From an uncultured Candidatus Saccharibacteria bacterium (GTDB taxonomy: Bacteria; Patescibacteriota; Saccharimonadia; Saccharimonadales; Saccharimonadaceae), in contig CAUSEJ010000001.1 of the NCBI GenBank assembly GCA_963530635.1, positions 38,216-102,215 on the forward strand: a stretch of DNA of 64,000 nucleotides, in the 5' to 3' direction. Both the position numbers and the translations under genes were made by a program. Shown in pieces: positions 1-10,739 of this stretch (positions within the stretch are counted from its first letter, which is position 1; each line of letters opens with the position of its first letter). Under the pieces are notes generated by a model. The model worked only from the letters and a program-made list of their open reading frames with translations, did no database searches and was not told where the DNA came from.

Positions 1-132
1 GTCTTGAATAATATGAAGATGCGACAAGAGCATGAAAAATTTGAGTTCTTCTATATCAAGAAATATTATTCCTTCGTGCTGCACGACAAAACCGGCTCGA
101 TTTTCTCGAGCCGGTTTGTTTCGTTATGTACT

Positions 133-1161
133 CTACCTCACGTTTGCTTCAGTCGTTTCGGTTTTTTCTTTATCGACTTCAGCAAATTTGCGCTCCACTG
201 CCATGATGTATAGCTGCATAAAGATTGGGCGAGGTAAGATATCATACAGATACCACGCCAGTGTTTTCTTAGCATGCGGGAGCTCGGTGTTTTTCCACGG
301 AGTGAGTGCAAAGTACTTTTGCCACAGCAGCCGGTTCGGATGCTTGTTGCCAACTTCCCACGGTTTACCCTGAATGCCGTAGAGCGAGTGAATAATCTTG
401 GGGCTGTAGTAGTTGGTCATAATCTCGTCGTAACTATAGAAATACGGCTGCTTAAGATTATTAATGCGCAGCAGATCTTGCGGCCTATAGGCGTAAAATG
501 CACTGGAGAAATTATAGGCAATATCGAGCGTCTTGATCTGCCCGCGGAACATAACATTACAGAGGTCTTGATCGGCAATGACGTAGTCGCTTTTCTTCGA
601 CAGATGCTCGACGACTTGGCTCGACGCATCATCTTTGAGCCATTTTTTGTGATTGATGAGCATGATACCACAGTTGTAATAGCCATCGGTAGGCTGGAGA
701 CCAATCGTTGCTTTGTGCTGATTGGTGAGAGTGTCGTAGGCCAGTGCCATGATATTTTTCTCAAAATCAAGATCCAGTAAACCATCGAGCGAGCTGGTAA
801 TGATTGTGTGTGGGTTGAGGTAGAGCACACGATCGGTCTTGATTTCAAGATCGGCCAGTGCTAGCATCTTGAGCCACGTCACATACACACCATGCCACGG
901 CTTGACACCTAGCTTCTGTAGTTTCTTGTGGTACGCGTTAGGGTTGATGAATGTCAAATAGGCGTTGGGGTATTTTTCAACCAACTTTTTGAGGCGATCT
1001 TTGCTTTGCTTGCTTAGCTTATACCCACAATAAAAAATATGAATCTCGTCGAGCGTCTTGTTATTCTCAAGCAGTGATGCGATCGAAATCGCACTCACCA
1101 CTGCGTAGTTATCGTCACTTTGATACAAGACGTTTAAGATTTTCTTTTTGACTCTGGGCAT
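133..1161 (-). CDS. Glycosyltransferase family 8 protein (DxD motif replaced)
   Basis: SDDNY..SIASLLEN, YNCGIMLIN, ADQD and IIH...GKPW are GT8 motifs; YLNPH sits where YLDxD is expected. Confidence 0.85.
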   Translation of the reverse strand: MPRVKKKILNVLYQSDDNYAVVSAISIASLLENNKTLDEIHIFYCGYKLSKQSKDRLKKLVEKYPNAYLTFINPNAYHKKLQKLGVKPWHGVYVTWLKMLALADLEIKTDRVLYLNPHTIITSSLDGLLDLDFEKNIMALAYDTLTNQHKATIGLQPTDGYYNCGIMLINHKKWLKDDASSQVVEHLSKKSDYVIADQDLCNVMFRGQIKTLDIAYNFSSAFYAYRPQDLLRINNLKQPYFYSYDEIMTNYYSPKIIHSLYGIQGKPWEVGNKHPNRLLWQKYFALTPWKNTELPHAKKTLAWYLYDILPRPIFMQLYIMAVERKFAEVDKEKTETTEANVR

Positions 1162-1177
1162 GACCTGCCTCTCTCCT

Positions 1178-2035
1178 TTATTCCACCGCTGCTATGTTTT
1201 TTACGTAGTTTTCCAGTAATGGCTGGTAGCTCTCACTGATGAATCCGGTGTTGTGCAACTTCGACAAATTCATATCGCTATACATTGGTCGAGGCGCAAA
1301 CGGAATCTTGTCTTTACTATACTCTTGTGTTGACACTTTTACAACCCTATCGCGATCGTGCCCTGCATATTCGAATACATCCTCGGCAAGCTCTGCCCAC
1401 GATTTGATCGGCCCAGAGTTAGACACATGATACAAACCATACTCGGCCTTGGTGTCTAGTAAGTGCTTGGTGGCACGCGCAATCTCCGACGCAAAGGTTG
1501 GCCGACCATATTGATCATCCACAACCTTGGGATTAATACGCATGTCAGCCAAGCGCTTCATCGTCCGTGGGAAGTTGTGCCCATCGCCAATTACCCACGA
1601 AACACGCAGCACATAATGACGCAGCGCAAGGCTAACCAGTAGATCCCCTGCTGCCTTAACGTCGCCATAGACCGACAGTGGTGAGAGCGACTCATCCTCG
1701 CCATGGTTTTTGTTCGTCCCATCAAAGACATAGTCGGATGAATAGTGAACCAATGTAATATCGTGCTCCAGCGCTACCTTGACGAGATTGCGCGGGCCAA
1801 CGGCATTGACCTGCCAGGCTTTGGTGCGGCCCTCAATCGTTTCTGATCCATCGGCATTGACGAACGCTGCTGCGTTGATAATGACATCCACACCCGACCA
1901 ATCATACCCAAGCACCTGCTCTTCATCAGCAATGTCGAGCTGCTGGTGACCCAGCGCCGTTGCCTTTGGATATATCTCCTGGAGCGCCCGCCCCACCTGG
2001 CCATTACAACCCAATATTACAATCCCCTTGCTCAT
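1178..2035 (-). CDS. rmlD: dTDP-4-dehydrorhamnose reductase
   Basis: GCNGQVG Rossmann motif, HYSSDYVFDG, YGDVK (YxxxK), DDQYGRPT, APRP; AAAGGAGG RBS upstream. Confidence 0.9.
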   Translation of the reverse strand: MSKGIVILGCNGQVGRALQEIYPKATALGHQQLDIADEEQVLGYDWSGVDVIINAAAFVNADGSETIEGRTKAWQVNAVGPRNLVKVALEHDITLVHYSSDYVFDGTNKNHGEDESLSPLSVYGDVKAAGDLLVSLALRHYVLRVSWVIGDGHNFPRTMKRLADMRINPKVVDDQYGRPTFASEIARATKHLLDTKAEYGLYHVSNSGPIKSWAELAEDVFEYAGHDRDRVVKVSTQEYSKDKIPFAPRPMYSDMNLSKLHNTGFISESYQPLLENYVKNIAAVE

Positions 2036-2496
2036 ATACCCTCCTTTGTTTCTGCTATTATAGCACAGTTAGCGTAAGCTTTTTGAAATATCTGAAATCG
2101 CATGGTCGATGTAGGATAAAAAACACGCTTATGAGCTATTTTACTACTGTTAAGTGCTCATATAGTCTCGCTCAATCCCACCCCCTTGGGGTATCATTGC
2201 AATCAATTTTGCTACGTAGTAAGCTAGGAGAATCTGAATCTCACAGCCTCTCTTGGTGCTGGATTTTCTCTCGCACTTTGCTTCAATGATGTGTATAAAT
2301 CAATTATGATGATTGACTCCAGCTCTGGCACAAATGATCAGTGTCTCATACATGTTGACCCTTACAGCGATCTATCGGGGTGTGAAGCGTGATGACCTTT
2401 GAGGTTTTGATGGGAAATTAATAAAAAAACAAAAGTCTGGTGGTTCTCATAAGAATGGATAATGGCTCTACTTAGCGCAACACGCGACCACTCGCA

Positions 2497-3723
2497 CTAC
2501 GCAGCCATAGAGCGCAGTTGCTGGCGATAGACTACCGCGAGTAGCGCCGCTTGAATGATGCCTGCCACCATAAAACACAGCACACTGCCCAGCATCGCAT
2601 AGTGCTGCACCACACCATATGACACGACTGTGAGTACAATGTTACTCAGCAAAAGTATATAGAACTGCCCCTTAAATTCGCGCAGCACAGTGAGGATATT
2701 GATATAAATCGACACCAGCGCATTAGCCACCGCTCCCACGACCATGATGAGTAGCTCAGTGCGATAATCAGTAATGCGTGCATTGAAAATGAGCGTAAGA
2801 AGCGGTGCTCCAACCAGCCACGTCGCAATCAGTGTCAACGCACTAATGCCCAAGACGATAAGGATAATCTTGCTCACCAAAGCATGGAACTCGAGGCGCT
2901 TTTGCTGATGATAGAGCTCTGACAGCTGCACAATATTGGGCTGAATAATGAAGGTAATAAACAGCGAGAGTAAGGTAATAGGCATAGCCATGATACCAAA
3001 ATAAGCGATCTCGTGCGTGTGGAATGTATCGAGAAAATAGCGCGGAATATTAAGCGAAAACATTGTTAAAAATGTGGTAAGGAACACTGGTGCGCAGCGC
3101 CGCATGATCATACCAACATGGCGTAGCTTAGGCACGAGATGATCGATATGAAGTTGAATAGATTCATACCGCTGTACCTGTTGCCAATCGTACAACACAA
3201 GCATGAGAGCATTGACTATCACAATTGCTATTACCCCCCACAGCACACTGTGCACAAGCATATCGACGAGTAAAAATGCTCCAAAACCACCCACTGCCTT
3301 GATAGTAAGCGAATAGCCAACAACGTAGAGCCTGTGGTGGATTTGCAGCACACCATAGAGTGCATCAGCCACTGCCTCCAGCGCTTTGAAGAGTACAAGC
3401 GCAATGATAATACTCGACTTCACGACATCATAGTGATTTGCCGCGCAAAACAGCACCGCACCCACCATCATCACGATCGACGTCACGAGCTTAACGGCAA
3501 GGTAGCTGCTACTACTAAACTCTTTGCGCACATCCGACACCTGATAAGTACGCCCACCCCACAAACCAATCGCCCAAAACACCACCGAGAGCGATAACGC
3601 AAAGGAAAAAACCCCCGAGTCGGCAATGCCATTAAGCCGCGTAATAAGTAGCAGGAGCGCTGGCGAGATAGCACTTTGCAAAAAGGAGCCAATAGAGTTC
3701 CAGATATAATTTTTAGATTGCAT
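2497..3723 (-). CDS. Wzx-like polysaccharide flippase
   Basis: 408 aa polytopic membrane protein with many hydrophobic segments and NIPRYFL motif, within glycan locus. Confidence 0.75.
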   Translation of the reverse strand: MQSKNYIWNSIGSFLQSAISPALLLLITRLNGIADSGVFSFALSLSVVFWAIGLWGGRTYQVSDVRKEFSSSSYLAVKLVTSIVMMVGAVLFCAANHYDVVKSSIIIALVLFKALEAVADALYGVLQIHHRLYVVGYSLTIKAVGGFGAFLLVDMLVHSVLWGVIAIVIVNALMLVLYDWQQVQRYESIQLHIDHLVPKLRHVGMIMRRCAPVFLTTFLTMFSLNIPRYFLDTFHTHEIAYFGIMAMPITLLSLFITFIIQPNIVQLSELYHQQKRLEFHALVSKIILIVLGISALTLIATWLVGAPLLTLIFNARITDYRTELLIMVVGAVANALVSIYINILTVLREFKGQFYILLLSNIVLTVVSYGVVQHYAMLGSVLCFMVAGIIQAALLAVVYRQQLRSMAA

Positions 3724-3815
3724 AATCTTATTTAGTATACCACTGGTTGATTATTTCCTGCGATTTAGACCATAATTTGCTCTGTTGTGATTTGTGCTCT
3801 ATAATCAGGCGTGTT

Positions 3816-5252
3816 ATGAAGAAATATTGGGCATCATTCGAATCATTTATTGCACGGCCAGAGCAGGTTTTTCTTTCGCTGTGTTTGTTGTTTGGCTTAT
3901 TGTCGGCGTTTTTTGTGCCGCAGCTGTCGGTGAGTGATGAGAATATGCACTATTTGCGAGCGTATGCGCTGGCTGACGGGCGTCTCGAGTCCAAGCGCTG
4001 CACCTACCCAGTGGATGTTAATGGCCGGGCATCATCAGTGTATCATGGCAATATCAGCGCTGATTATTCGCGCCCTATCAACCGCTCAGAACTCAAGACA
4101 AGCAAATGTAACAGTGCCGTGGGCTACGCACCCATTATGCATGCGCCGCAAACGCTTGGTATTTTTATTGCTAATCTCTTCAACGGGTCGACAGGTTTGA
4201 CGATTCTCTTTGGGCGAATTGCAAACTTACTGTTTTATGCGCTGAGTGTATTTTTCATTATCAAGTGGGTGCGGGTTGGTAAGTGGGTTTTTGCAGTAGT
4301 GGGGCTGTTACCACTAATGGTTCATCTCGCCGCCTCACTCTCGAGCGACGTCATGACAAATGTAGCGATATTCCTCATTACCGCCATGACGCTCAATCTC
4401 TACGCCCAAGAAACGCCGATCCGCCGCAAGCAAGTTGCTGGCCTCTTAGCTATAGCGGCGCTGCTGGCGCTGACCAAGGCAGTTAATGGTTTGCTGCTCT
4501 TCCCACTGCTGTTTTTGCCAGGGCGACTCTTCATCCCAAACACGAGGCTGCCGAAGCTACCATCACTTTTCAAGAAGCTCCCCTTCAACCTGCATAAATG
4601 GGCGCTGATCGCGGGCGCTGGCATTGTGTCGCTGGCGGCACTACTTGTCTGGCAAAAGATCTATGATGGTGCGCTCCTTTCATCTGGTGCAGCCGATAAT
4701 CCATTGCATCACAACCCGCTTGGCTTTATCCGCATCCTCTTTAATACCTACATCAATCCAAACATTGGCTACACCGACATCGTGGTACGTGGGAGTGTGG
4801 GCGACTTCTCGAGCTTCAAATATCACCTGCCGCTCTTTGTTTTGATTCCACTCTTTTTGTTGGTGTTCCTTGCATTCATCAAGCGCGATAAGGCCGAGGA
4901 GCAAGCACTCGCGCCAGCTGCTGGCCGATTAGCCGTGGCTAACCTCACCACTATTGCCGTCTTTATTGCGGCGGTTTCGTACGCCATGTACACCGCCTGG
5001 GCACTGCTACCAATTCGCTTTGGTGCTGGTGCATACTACGCCGATGGAGTGCAGGGGCGTTACTTTACGGCACTACTCGTGCTCCTCATCCCCTGTGGGG
5101 TGTGGCTACGCAAGTATATTTGGTTCCATACTGCCTCGGCTAAGGTGTTTCATACCCTTATATTCTTTGGCTGCGGGGCAATTTTGCTGTACTATACCTT
5201 TGGCACCTATTGGGCTTACCACGCGCCGATACCGGTACCACCGGTGGCATAA
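3816..5252 (+). CDS. DUF2142-family membrane protein, probable GT-C fold glycosyltransferase
   Basis: P...SDE..H..RAY loop after first TM, GRIANLL, DGVQGRYF; start moved to ATG 3816 after TATAAT at 3800-3805. Confidence 0.75.
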   Translation: MKKYWASFESFIARPEQVFLSLCLLFGLLSAFFVPQLSVSDENMHYLRAYALADGRLESKRCTYPVDVNGRASSVYHGNISADYSRPINRSELKTSKCNSAVGYAPIMHAPQTLGIFIANLFNGSTGLTILFGRIANLLFYALSVFFIIKWVRVGKWVFAVVGLLPLMVHLAASLSSDVMTNVAIFLITAMTLNLYAQETPIRRKQVAGLLAIAALLALTKAVNGLLLFPLLFLPGRLFIPNTRLPKLPSLFKKLPFNLHKWALIAGAGIVSLAALLVWQKIYDGALLSSGAADNPLHHNPLGFIRILFNTYINPNIGYTDIVVRGSVGDFSSFKYHLPLFVLIPLFLLVFLAFIKRDKAEEQALAPAAGRLAVANLTTIAVFIAAVSYAMYTAWALLPIRFGAGAYYADGVQGRYFTALLVLLIPCGVWLRKYIWFHTASAKVFHTLIFFGCGAILLYYTFGTYWAYHAPIPVPPVA

Positions 5253-5569
5253 GAGAAAATATTCTCTGTCTCTCAAAGCTCTTTGTTTTTCTGCTTGTCT
5301 GGCCTGTGCTTCATCTGCTTAAATCTCAATGCTTTCTTTTAGCATCAATTCCTCCACTCCATTATTTCATCTGATTTGTCGTTATCCTAACGAATTTTAG
5401 CACTGGTACTGGGAGATTGGGTCTATAGGGTCTATAGGGTCTATCGTATCTTGAAGGAGGAATCATACAAAATATATGATTCTATAAAAGTTTTAAAATC
5501 CTTCTTTTTACCTTCCCCTTTCAATACGCTTATGCTATAGTGACATGGAACACTAATAGCACAAGCATT

Positions 5570-6145
5570 ATGAAATTATTACGTACTCTATCCAAAAAAC
5601 GTCTCACAGTCATCATTAGTATTGGCCTTGCGCTCATCGCCGCAGGTGGCTATGGTGCCTATATCGCAACACGCCCTGCCCCACTGCCACCCCTGTCAGA
5701 CGAGCCAACACCAGCCCAAAAACAAACGCAGCACAAGACCGATGCCGCCACGAAAGAATCATTTTTAGACAATAACACAGACCATAATACGACCAATACC
5801 AAAGATACTTCGCAGCAGCGCACCACCCAGGCTCAGCCCGCGCCAGTTCCAGCCTCGGCCAAGCACATCGAGCTCTCTGCCGAGCAGTCAGGCGAGACGG
5901 TCGTCGTGACTACCAAGCTAAGAGAGCACGGCTTTTCCTCTGGCCAGTGCGTGCTGACGATTACTAGTAGTGGGCAGCACTCCGAGCAGCACGCTGCCAT
6001 CATCTACCAACCAGAATACTCCACCTGCGCAGGATTCTCGCTGCCAGCTCGGTCGCTCCCCAAAGGTATGTGGCATATCTCCCTCGCTGTCACGCCGCTT
6101 GGTGGCAAGGCACTCACGAAGACACTTGATACGGAGATTCGCTAG
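5570..6145 (+). CDS. Membrane-anchored hypothetical protein with C-terminal beta-rich domain
   Basis: N-terminal TM helix, T/Q-rich linker, two Cys; stop abuts start of the ChW protein. Confidence 0.7.
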   Translation: MKLLRTLSKKRLTVIISIGLALIAAGGYGAYIATRPAPLPPLSDEPTPAQKQTQHKTDAATKESFLDNNTDHNTTNTKDTSQQRTTQAQPAPVPASAKHIELSAEQSGETVVVTTKLREHGFSSGQCVLTITSSGQHSEQHAAIIYQPEYSTCAGFSLPARSLPKGMWHISLAVTPLGGKALTKTLDTEIR

Positions 6146-8455
6146 ATGATGGCTCAATCACACTCCACTACTCGTCTCTTCTCGACATATTGGCGATATG
6201 TCCTTGCTGGTGTGTTGTGTGTGAGTTTATTTGCTGCGACTATCCTCTCCCGCCCAGCCCAAGCAGTAACAGCAGCCGATTGGCGAGCAGGCAATATCGT
6301 TGATGATTTGCTCTTTACCAATAGCGACGATATGTCGGTGGCAGATATTCAGGCGTTTCTCAATAGCCTCAACCCACAATGCGACACTTATGGCCGGCAG
6401 CCTGCTGCCGAACACGGCCGGCGCGATATCAGCCGAGCACAGTATGCCGCCGCTCGAGGTTGGCATGGGCCACCATATGTCTGCCTCAAGGACTATTATG
6501 AAGTGCCTAAATACACACCGGGCAATTACATCCCTGCCAATAACTTCGGTGGAACGATCCCCGCTGGAGCAGTCAGCGCCGCGCAGATTATCTATGATGC
6601 TGCCAAGCAAAACAATCTCAACCCTAAAGTCCTGCTAGTAAAGATCGCCACCGAGTCGGCTGGCCCACTCACCTCTGACACTTGGCCCCTCCAAAACCAA
6701 TACACCTATGCCATGGGCTCGCACTGCCCCGATAGTGGCCCGGGTGGCAGTGCCAATTGCGATCGCAACTATGCTGGCTTCTCGATGCAAGTCGCCTCAG
6801 GAGCACAGCTCATCCGCTGGTATCTGGATAGTATGCAGCAACCATGGTGGTCGTACAAAAAGCCGTTTGCGACCAATCGTATCCTATGGAATGTGGTGCA
6901 GCGAGGCTGCGGCGCTGGCGATGTGTATATCGAGAGCAAGGCCACAGCGGCACTCTACACCTACACACCCTACCAACCCAATCAAGCAGCCCTGGCTAAT
7001 ATGTATGGTTTAGGCGATCATTGCAGCGCCTATGGCAACCGCAACTTCTGGCGAGTGTGGAACGACTGGTTTGGCTCAACCCAGCATAGCCGGCCACTGA
7101 TCAGCTTCCGCTCACACAGCAGCTACATTGGCTGGACAGGGGTAATTCATAACCGTGGCATTACAGGCGTCACTGGCCAAAGCAAGGCAATGCAAGCTCT
7201 CACGATCGATGGTGAGGTAACTTATACCTCATACAGCAACGAGCGTGGTTGGCAGCCCACTGTGCAGGGTAGTATGCAATCGGGTACAACAGGGCTTGGC
7301 CGGCCAATCACTGCCGTCAAGATCCAGCCAACTGGTACTCTCGCCCAGGCGTACGACATCTACTATCGCGCCCACGTGAGCTACATTGGCTGGATGGGCT
7401 GGGCCAAGAATGGTGAAGTGGCTGGTGCAACTGGTGGAGCTAACAATGCTATCGAAGCGATCGAAATAAAGCTTGTACGCAAAGGAACGCCTGCGCCTGA
7501 GTCATCTGGAATGGCGTATAAAAATATTGCAACACATGACGACCCATCACCTCTTAGACTCTCACTCAGCTCACATGTCGGTATGGTTGGCTGGCAGCCA
7601 GAAGTACGCGATGAGATGATGAGCGGCACCACTGGCCAAAGCCGCCGCATCGAAGCAATCAAAGCATCGCTCCACAACACAACGGGCCTGCCAGGCAACA
7701 TCCAATATTCATCACACGTTAGCTACGTCGGCTGGCAAGATTGGAAACAAGCGGGCGACGTATCCGGCACCACAGGGCAGTTCCGCTCCATTGAGGCAGT
7801 CCGCTTCTTACTTACTGGCAAACTTGCCACTACATACGACATCTGGTACCGAGGTTACTCGCAATACGTCGGCTGGATGGGCTGGGCCAAGAATGGCCAA
7901 CCAGCTGGTTCGACTGGTGCCTACCGACAACTCGAAGCACTCGAGGTGCGCCTTGTGCCGAAGCATACACTCAGCCTGCCTGGCGGTGCCTTTTATAACC
8001 CAACCAATACTGCTGTGCCCGATCTCTACCAGCTGAGCTATGCTGCCCACGTAAGCTACATCGGCTGGATGCCCGATGTGTCGCACCCCATTATGGCTGG
8101 CACCACTGGCAAATCGCGCTACCTCGAGGCAATCCGTCTTGGCAAAGCCGTATCGCTGCGCGATGGTTCGCCCATTACCATCCAGTGCGAAGCAAAAACT
8201 GCTGGCCAGTGGCTCCCATCAGTCACTCTCTCACCATCGCAGCCCTGTGGCACGACTGGCCAGCGCAAAGCACTCGAAAGCCTTAAGCTTAGCCTCAGCC
8301 CTGCCGACGCCGCTCGCTACGATATTTATTACAACACTCACCTCTCCTGGGTAGGTTGGCAGGGCTGGAAAAAGAATGGCGAAGTAGCTGGTGACCGACC
8401 CGGTTCGCATATCGAAGCAGTGATGATTAAGCTCGTCGAGAAGAGTAACGAGTGA
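6146..8455 (+). CDS. Secreted protein with lysozyme-like N-terminal domain and ~9 ChW (clostridial hydrophobic W) repeats
   Basis: Signal peptide ending AQA; repeats of YxxHVSYxGWxxW..NG..xGTTG.S..IEA. Confidence 0.8.
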   Translation: MMAQSHSTTRLFSTYWRYVLAGVLCVSLFAATILSRPAQAVTAADWRAGNIVDDLLFTNSDDMSVADIQAFLNSLNPQCDTYGRQPAAEHGRRDISRAQYAAARGWHGPPYVCLKDYYEVPKYTPGNYIPANNFGGTIPAGAVSAAQIIYDAAKQNNLNPKVLLVKIATESAGPLTSDTWPLQNQYTYAMGSHCPDSGPGGSANCDRNYAGFSMQVASGAQLIRWYLDSMQQPWWSYKKPFATNRILWNVVQRGCGAGDVYIESKATAALYTYTPYQPNQAALANMYGLGDHCSAYGNRNFWRVWNDWFGSTQHSRPLISFRSHSSYIGWTGVIHNRGITGVTGQSKAMQALTIDGEVTYTSYSNERGWQPTVQGSMQSGTTGLGRPITAVKIQPTGTLAQAYDIYYRAHVSYIGWMGWAKNGEVAGATGGANNAIEAIEIKLVRKGTPAPESSGMAYKNIATHDDPSPLRLSLSSHVGMVGWQPEVRDEMMSGTTGQSRRIEAIKASLHNTTGLPGNIQYSSHVSYVGWQDWKQAGDVSGTTGQFRSIEAVRFLLTGKLATTYDIWYRGYSQYVGWMGWAKNGQPAGSTGAYRQLEALEVRLVPKHTLSLPGGAFYNPTNTAVPDLYQLSYAAHVSYIGWMPDVSHPIMAGTTGKSRYLEAIRLGKAVSLRDGSPITIQCEAKTAGQWLPSVTLSPSQPCGTTGQRKALESLKLSLSPADAARYDIYYNTHLSWVGWQGWKKNGEVAGDRPGSHIEAVMIKLVEKSNE

Positions 8456-8469
8456 TCAACATAGAAAAC

Positions 8470-8495
8470 ACTCCTCCCATATCTGTGGGAGGAGT
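8470..8495. terminator. Hairpin between convergent genes
   Basis: ACTCCTCCCA-N6-TGGGAGGAGT perfect 10 bp stem. Confidence 0.65.
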
Positions 8496-8522
8496 ATCAT
8501 ATGTTATAACAAGACAACAACT

Positions 8523-10739
8523 TTATTCGTAAATCGCTGCCACTTTCTCCTCAATATTCTTCCATTGATAGTCGTTGGCAGTTTGGCGGCCACCAGCGAT
8601 GAGCTTGTCACGCAGCGCTTTGTCTGCTACCAGGCGCTCTACGGCCGCGACACCAGCCGCTATATCACCCTGTTGGTAGAGGAGGCAGTTCTCACCATCC
8701 TTGAGGTATTCGACATTGCCGCCATTGGGCACCACTACTGCAAGACCACCAGTTGCCATCATCTCGAGCGGTGGGTAGGAGAAGCTCTCGAGGATGCTTG
8801 TCTTGATGAGAATGTCACAGCTAGCGTATACTTCGCCGACCTTCTCGGGCGCGATGCGATTGTAGAATGTATCGACGCGGTACCAGTCCTTGGGCTCTTT
8901 GCGGTACGATAAATATGAAATCTCATACTTCGCAGGGTCGAGTTGGTTGATGATGCGGAAGGCTTCGTCGGTGTTTTTATACTCGCTCTTACTATCGCCC
9001 TCAACGAGGATTTTTATCTTGCGACTACTGTTAAAATCGCGCTCGCGGTATGGATAATACTCGATATCGATGCCGTTCGAGACATACTTCGCATCCTTGC
9101 CAAACATATCTTTGAGCCACTTCTGGCACCAGAGCGACATCGTTACATAGCGCACACCCGACTGGTCGCAGTACGATGCGTTAGCCGCGAAGCGTGGCCC
9201 ACCCGTGCCAGGGATATAAAAATCAGTCTCGAAGTTCTGGACGAAGTAGAGCCGATTGCGTACATTAGGGTGCTTTTTGATAATCTCTACCGTTGACCAC
9301 AGCGTCGCCACTTGCGTGTCAAAGAAGGCCTCTATCTTCGTCTTGTGCGCTGTAATAACATTGAAGCCTGGCAATTCAGAGCGGTATTGGTAGGTCTTTT
9401 TGGCTTGCTTGAGGGCATGCTTACTTACTGAATCGATCAGCGTTACATCCCAGCCCGCCTTGCGGAGAATGTCAGCGTGTTTGACGGCAACGATCACTCC
9501 ACCCGAGATATCCGTCGAAGGCAAGACAAAGCCAATATTGCGCGCTAAGCGTTCCCGTATAAACGATGCAAGCGTGTAGCCAGTGTAGACCGTCGAATAA
9601 TCATTGGCGGCAATCTTGTGTGCATTTTCACCCAGCTGAGTGCGCAGTGTTTTGTCGGTAATGAGACGATCGAGCGCTGCATACCAATCGTTATCCGCGC
9701 CAACCAAGAGGCCTGTCTCACCGTCCTTCACTTGCTCGGCAAAGGCCCCCACCTGACTCGCCACCGTCGGCACTTTGACGAGGCCAGCCTCGAGCCATTT
9801 GTTTTCAGACTTCGCACGGTTAAAGATCGTATCGACCAGTGGTGCAAGAATAATATCGCAGTCCACCATCACCTTAGGCAACTCCCGCCAATCGACAAAG
9901 CCTGACGTCATCACCCGCTCTTTATACGGTTCAAGCGCGGCCGGTACGTCGAGAATACCAGCAATCTTGAGGTGGAGCTGCGGATACGTATCGAACAGCC
10001 GAATCAAGTCTGGGATCACCAGCTCAAAGTCCTCATTGTGCGTAATACTCCCGCTAAAGTACCCGATGATAATTTTGTCTGCATCCTTGGCAATCTTCCC
10101 TTCAGCCAAGTCTTCCAGCGCCATATTAGACGTCTTGATCATCTCATCAGAGGCAGCATTACGGTTGATGAGGACATCACCGGTGGTGTACTTTTGCAGT
10201 TCGTCACGCAGCTGCGTTGTGGTTGTCACAACGTGGTCGCAGAGCTTAAGCGTTTCACGCATACGGTTCACCCCATCGTCGTAGAGCTGCTTATCGGCCT
10301 GGTTCATCTGCTGGACGTATTTGATACCGTCGGTGTACGTTTGATCGATGACAAGATCGTCGATATCGAAGAAGCAGGTCTTGTTGAAAAACTTTGCTTG
10401 CTTGATAAACTCCCGCACCGTCTCTGTCACTGGGCAACGAAAGAAGACGAATCCACGATAATACTTGAGGTCATCCAGCGAAAGCCGATCATAAAACACA
10501 CTCTCCACCGTTAACCCCTGCGACATCAACTGCTCCATTTGGTGTGCCACGCGGTAGCGCTCAGGGTGCGGTAAGGTGCAGCCGTTGATAAAGAGGATAT
10601 CTTTGTAATACTTCTGTTTGCGCTCGGGAAATTTACGATAATAGGCATACTTCGTGGCGCGCTTACCAAAGCCAATCACTCCATCGTCTTTGATAATCTT
10701 CATGCTTTTCTTGGCGGCTTTGTGTACTTTACCGATCAT
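8523..10739 (-). CDS. Two-domain GT-B (GT4-like) glycosyltransferase
   Basis: Two GT-B modules: KSENKWLEAG and ESFSYPPLEMMA (Ex7E). Confidence 0.85.
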   Translation of the reverse strand: MIGKVHKAAKKSMKIIKDDGVIGFGKRATKYAYYRKFPERKQKYYKDILFINGCTLPHPERYRVAHQMEQLMSQGLTVESVFYDRLSLDDLKYYRGFVFFRCPVTETVREFIKQAKFFNKTCFFDIDDLVIDQTYTDGIKYVQQMNQADKQLYDDGVNRMRETLKLCDHVVTTTTQLRDELQKYTTGDVLINRNAASDEMIKTSNMALEDLAEGKIAKDADKIIIGYFSGSITHNEDFELVIPDLIRLFDTYPQLHLKIAGILDVPAALEPYKERVMTSGFVDWRELPKVMVDCDIILAPLVDTIFNRAKSENKWLEAGLVKVPTVASQVGAFAEQVKDGETGLLVGADNDWYAALDRLITDKTLRTQLGENAHKIAANDYSTVYTGYTLASFIRERLARNIGFVLPSTDISGGVIVAVKHADILRKAGWDVTLIDSVSKHALKQAKKTYQYRSELPGFNVITAHKTKIEAFFDTQVATLWSTVEIIKKHPNVRNRLYFVQNFETDFYIPGTGGPRFAANASYCDQSGVRYVTMSLWCQKWLKDMFGKDAKYVSNGIDIEYYPYRERDFNSSRKIKILVEGDSKSEYKNTDEAFRIINQLDPAKYEISYLSYRKEPKDWYRVDTFYNRIAPEKVGEVYASCDILIKTSILESFSYPPLEMMATGGLAVVVPNGGNVEYLKDGENCLLYQQGDIAAGVAAVERLVADKALRDKLIAGGRQTANDYQWKNIEEKVAAIYE

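Noticed and set aside
7090..8450. Repeated DNA motifs as a CRISPR or DGR template/variable repeat
   Set aside because: Degenerate in-frame ChW protein repeats; no cas or reverse transcriptase gene in the window
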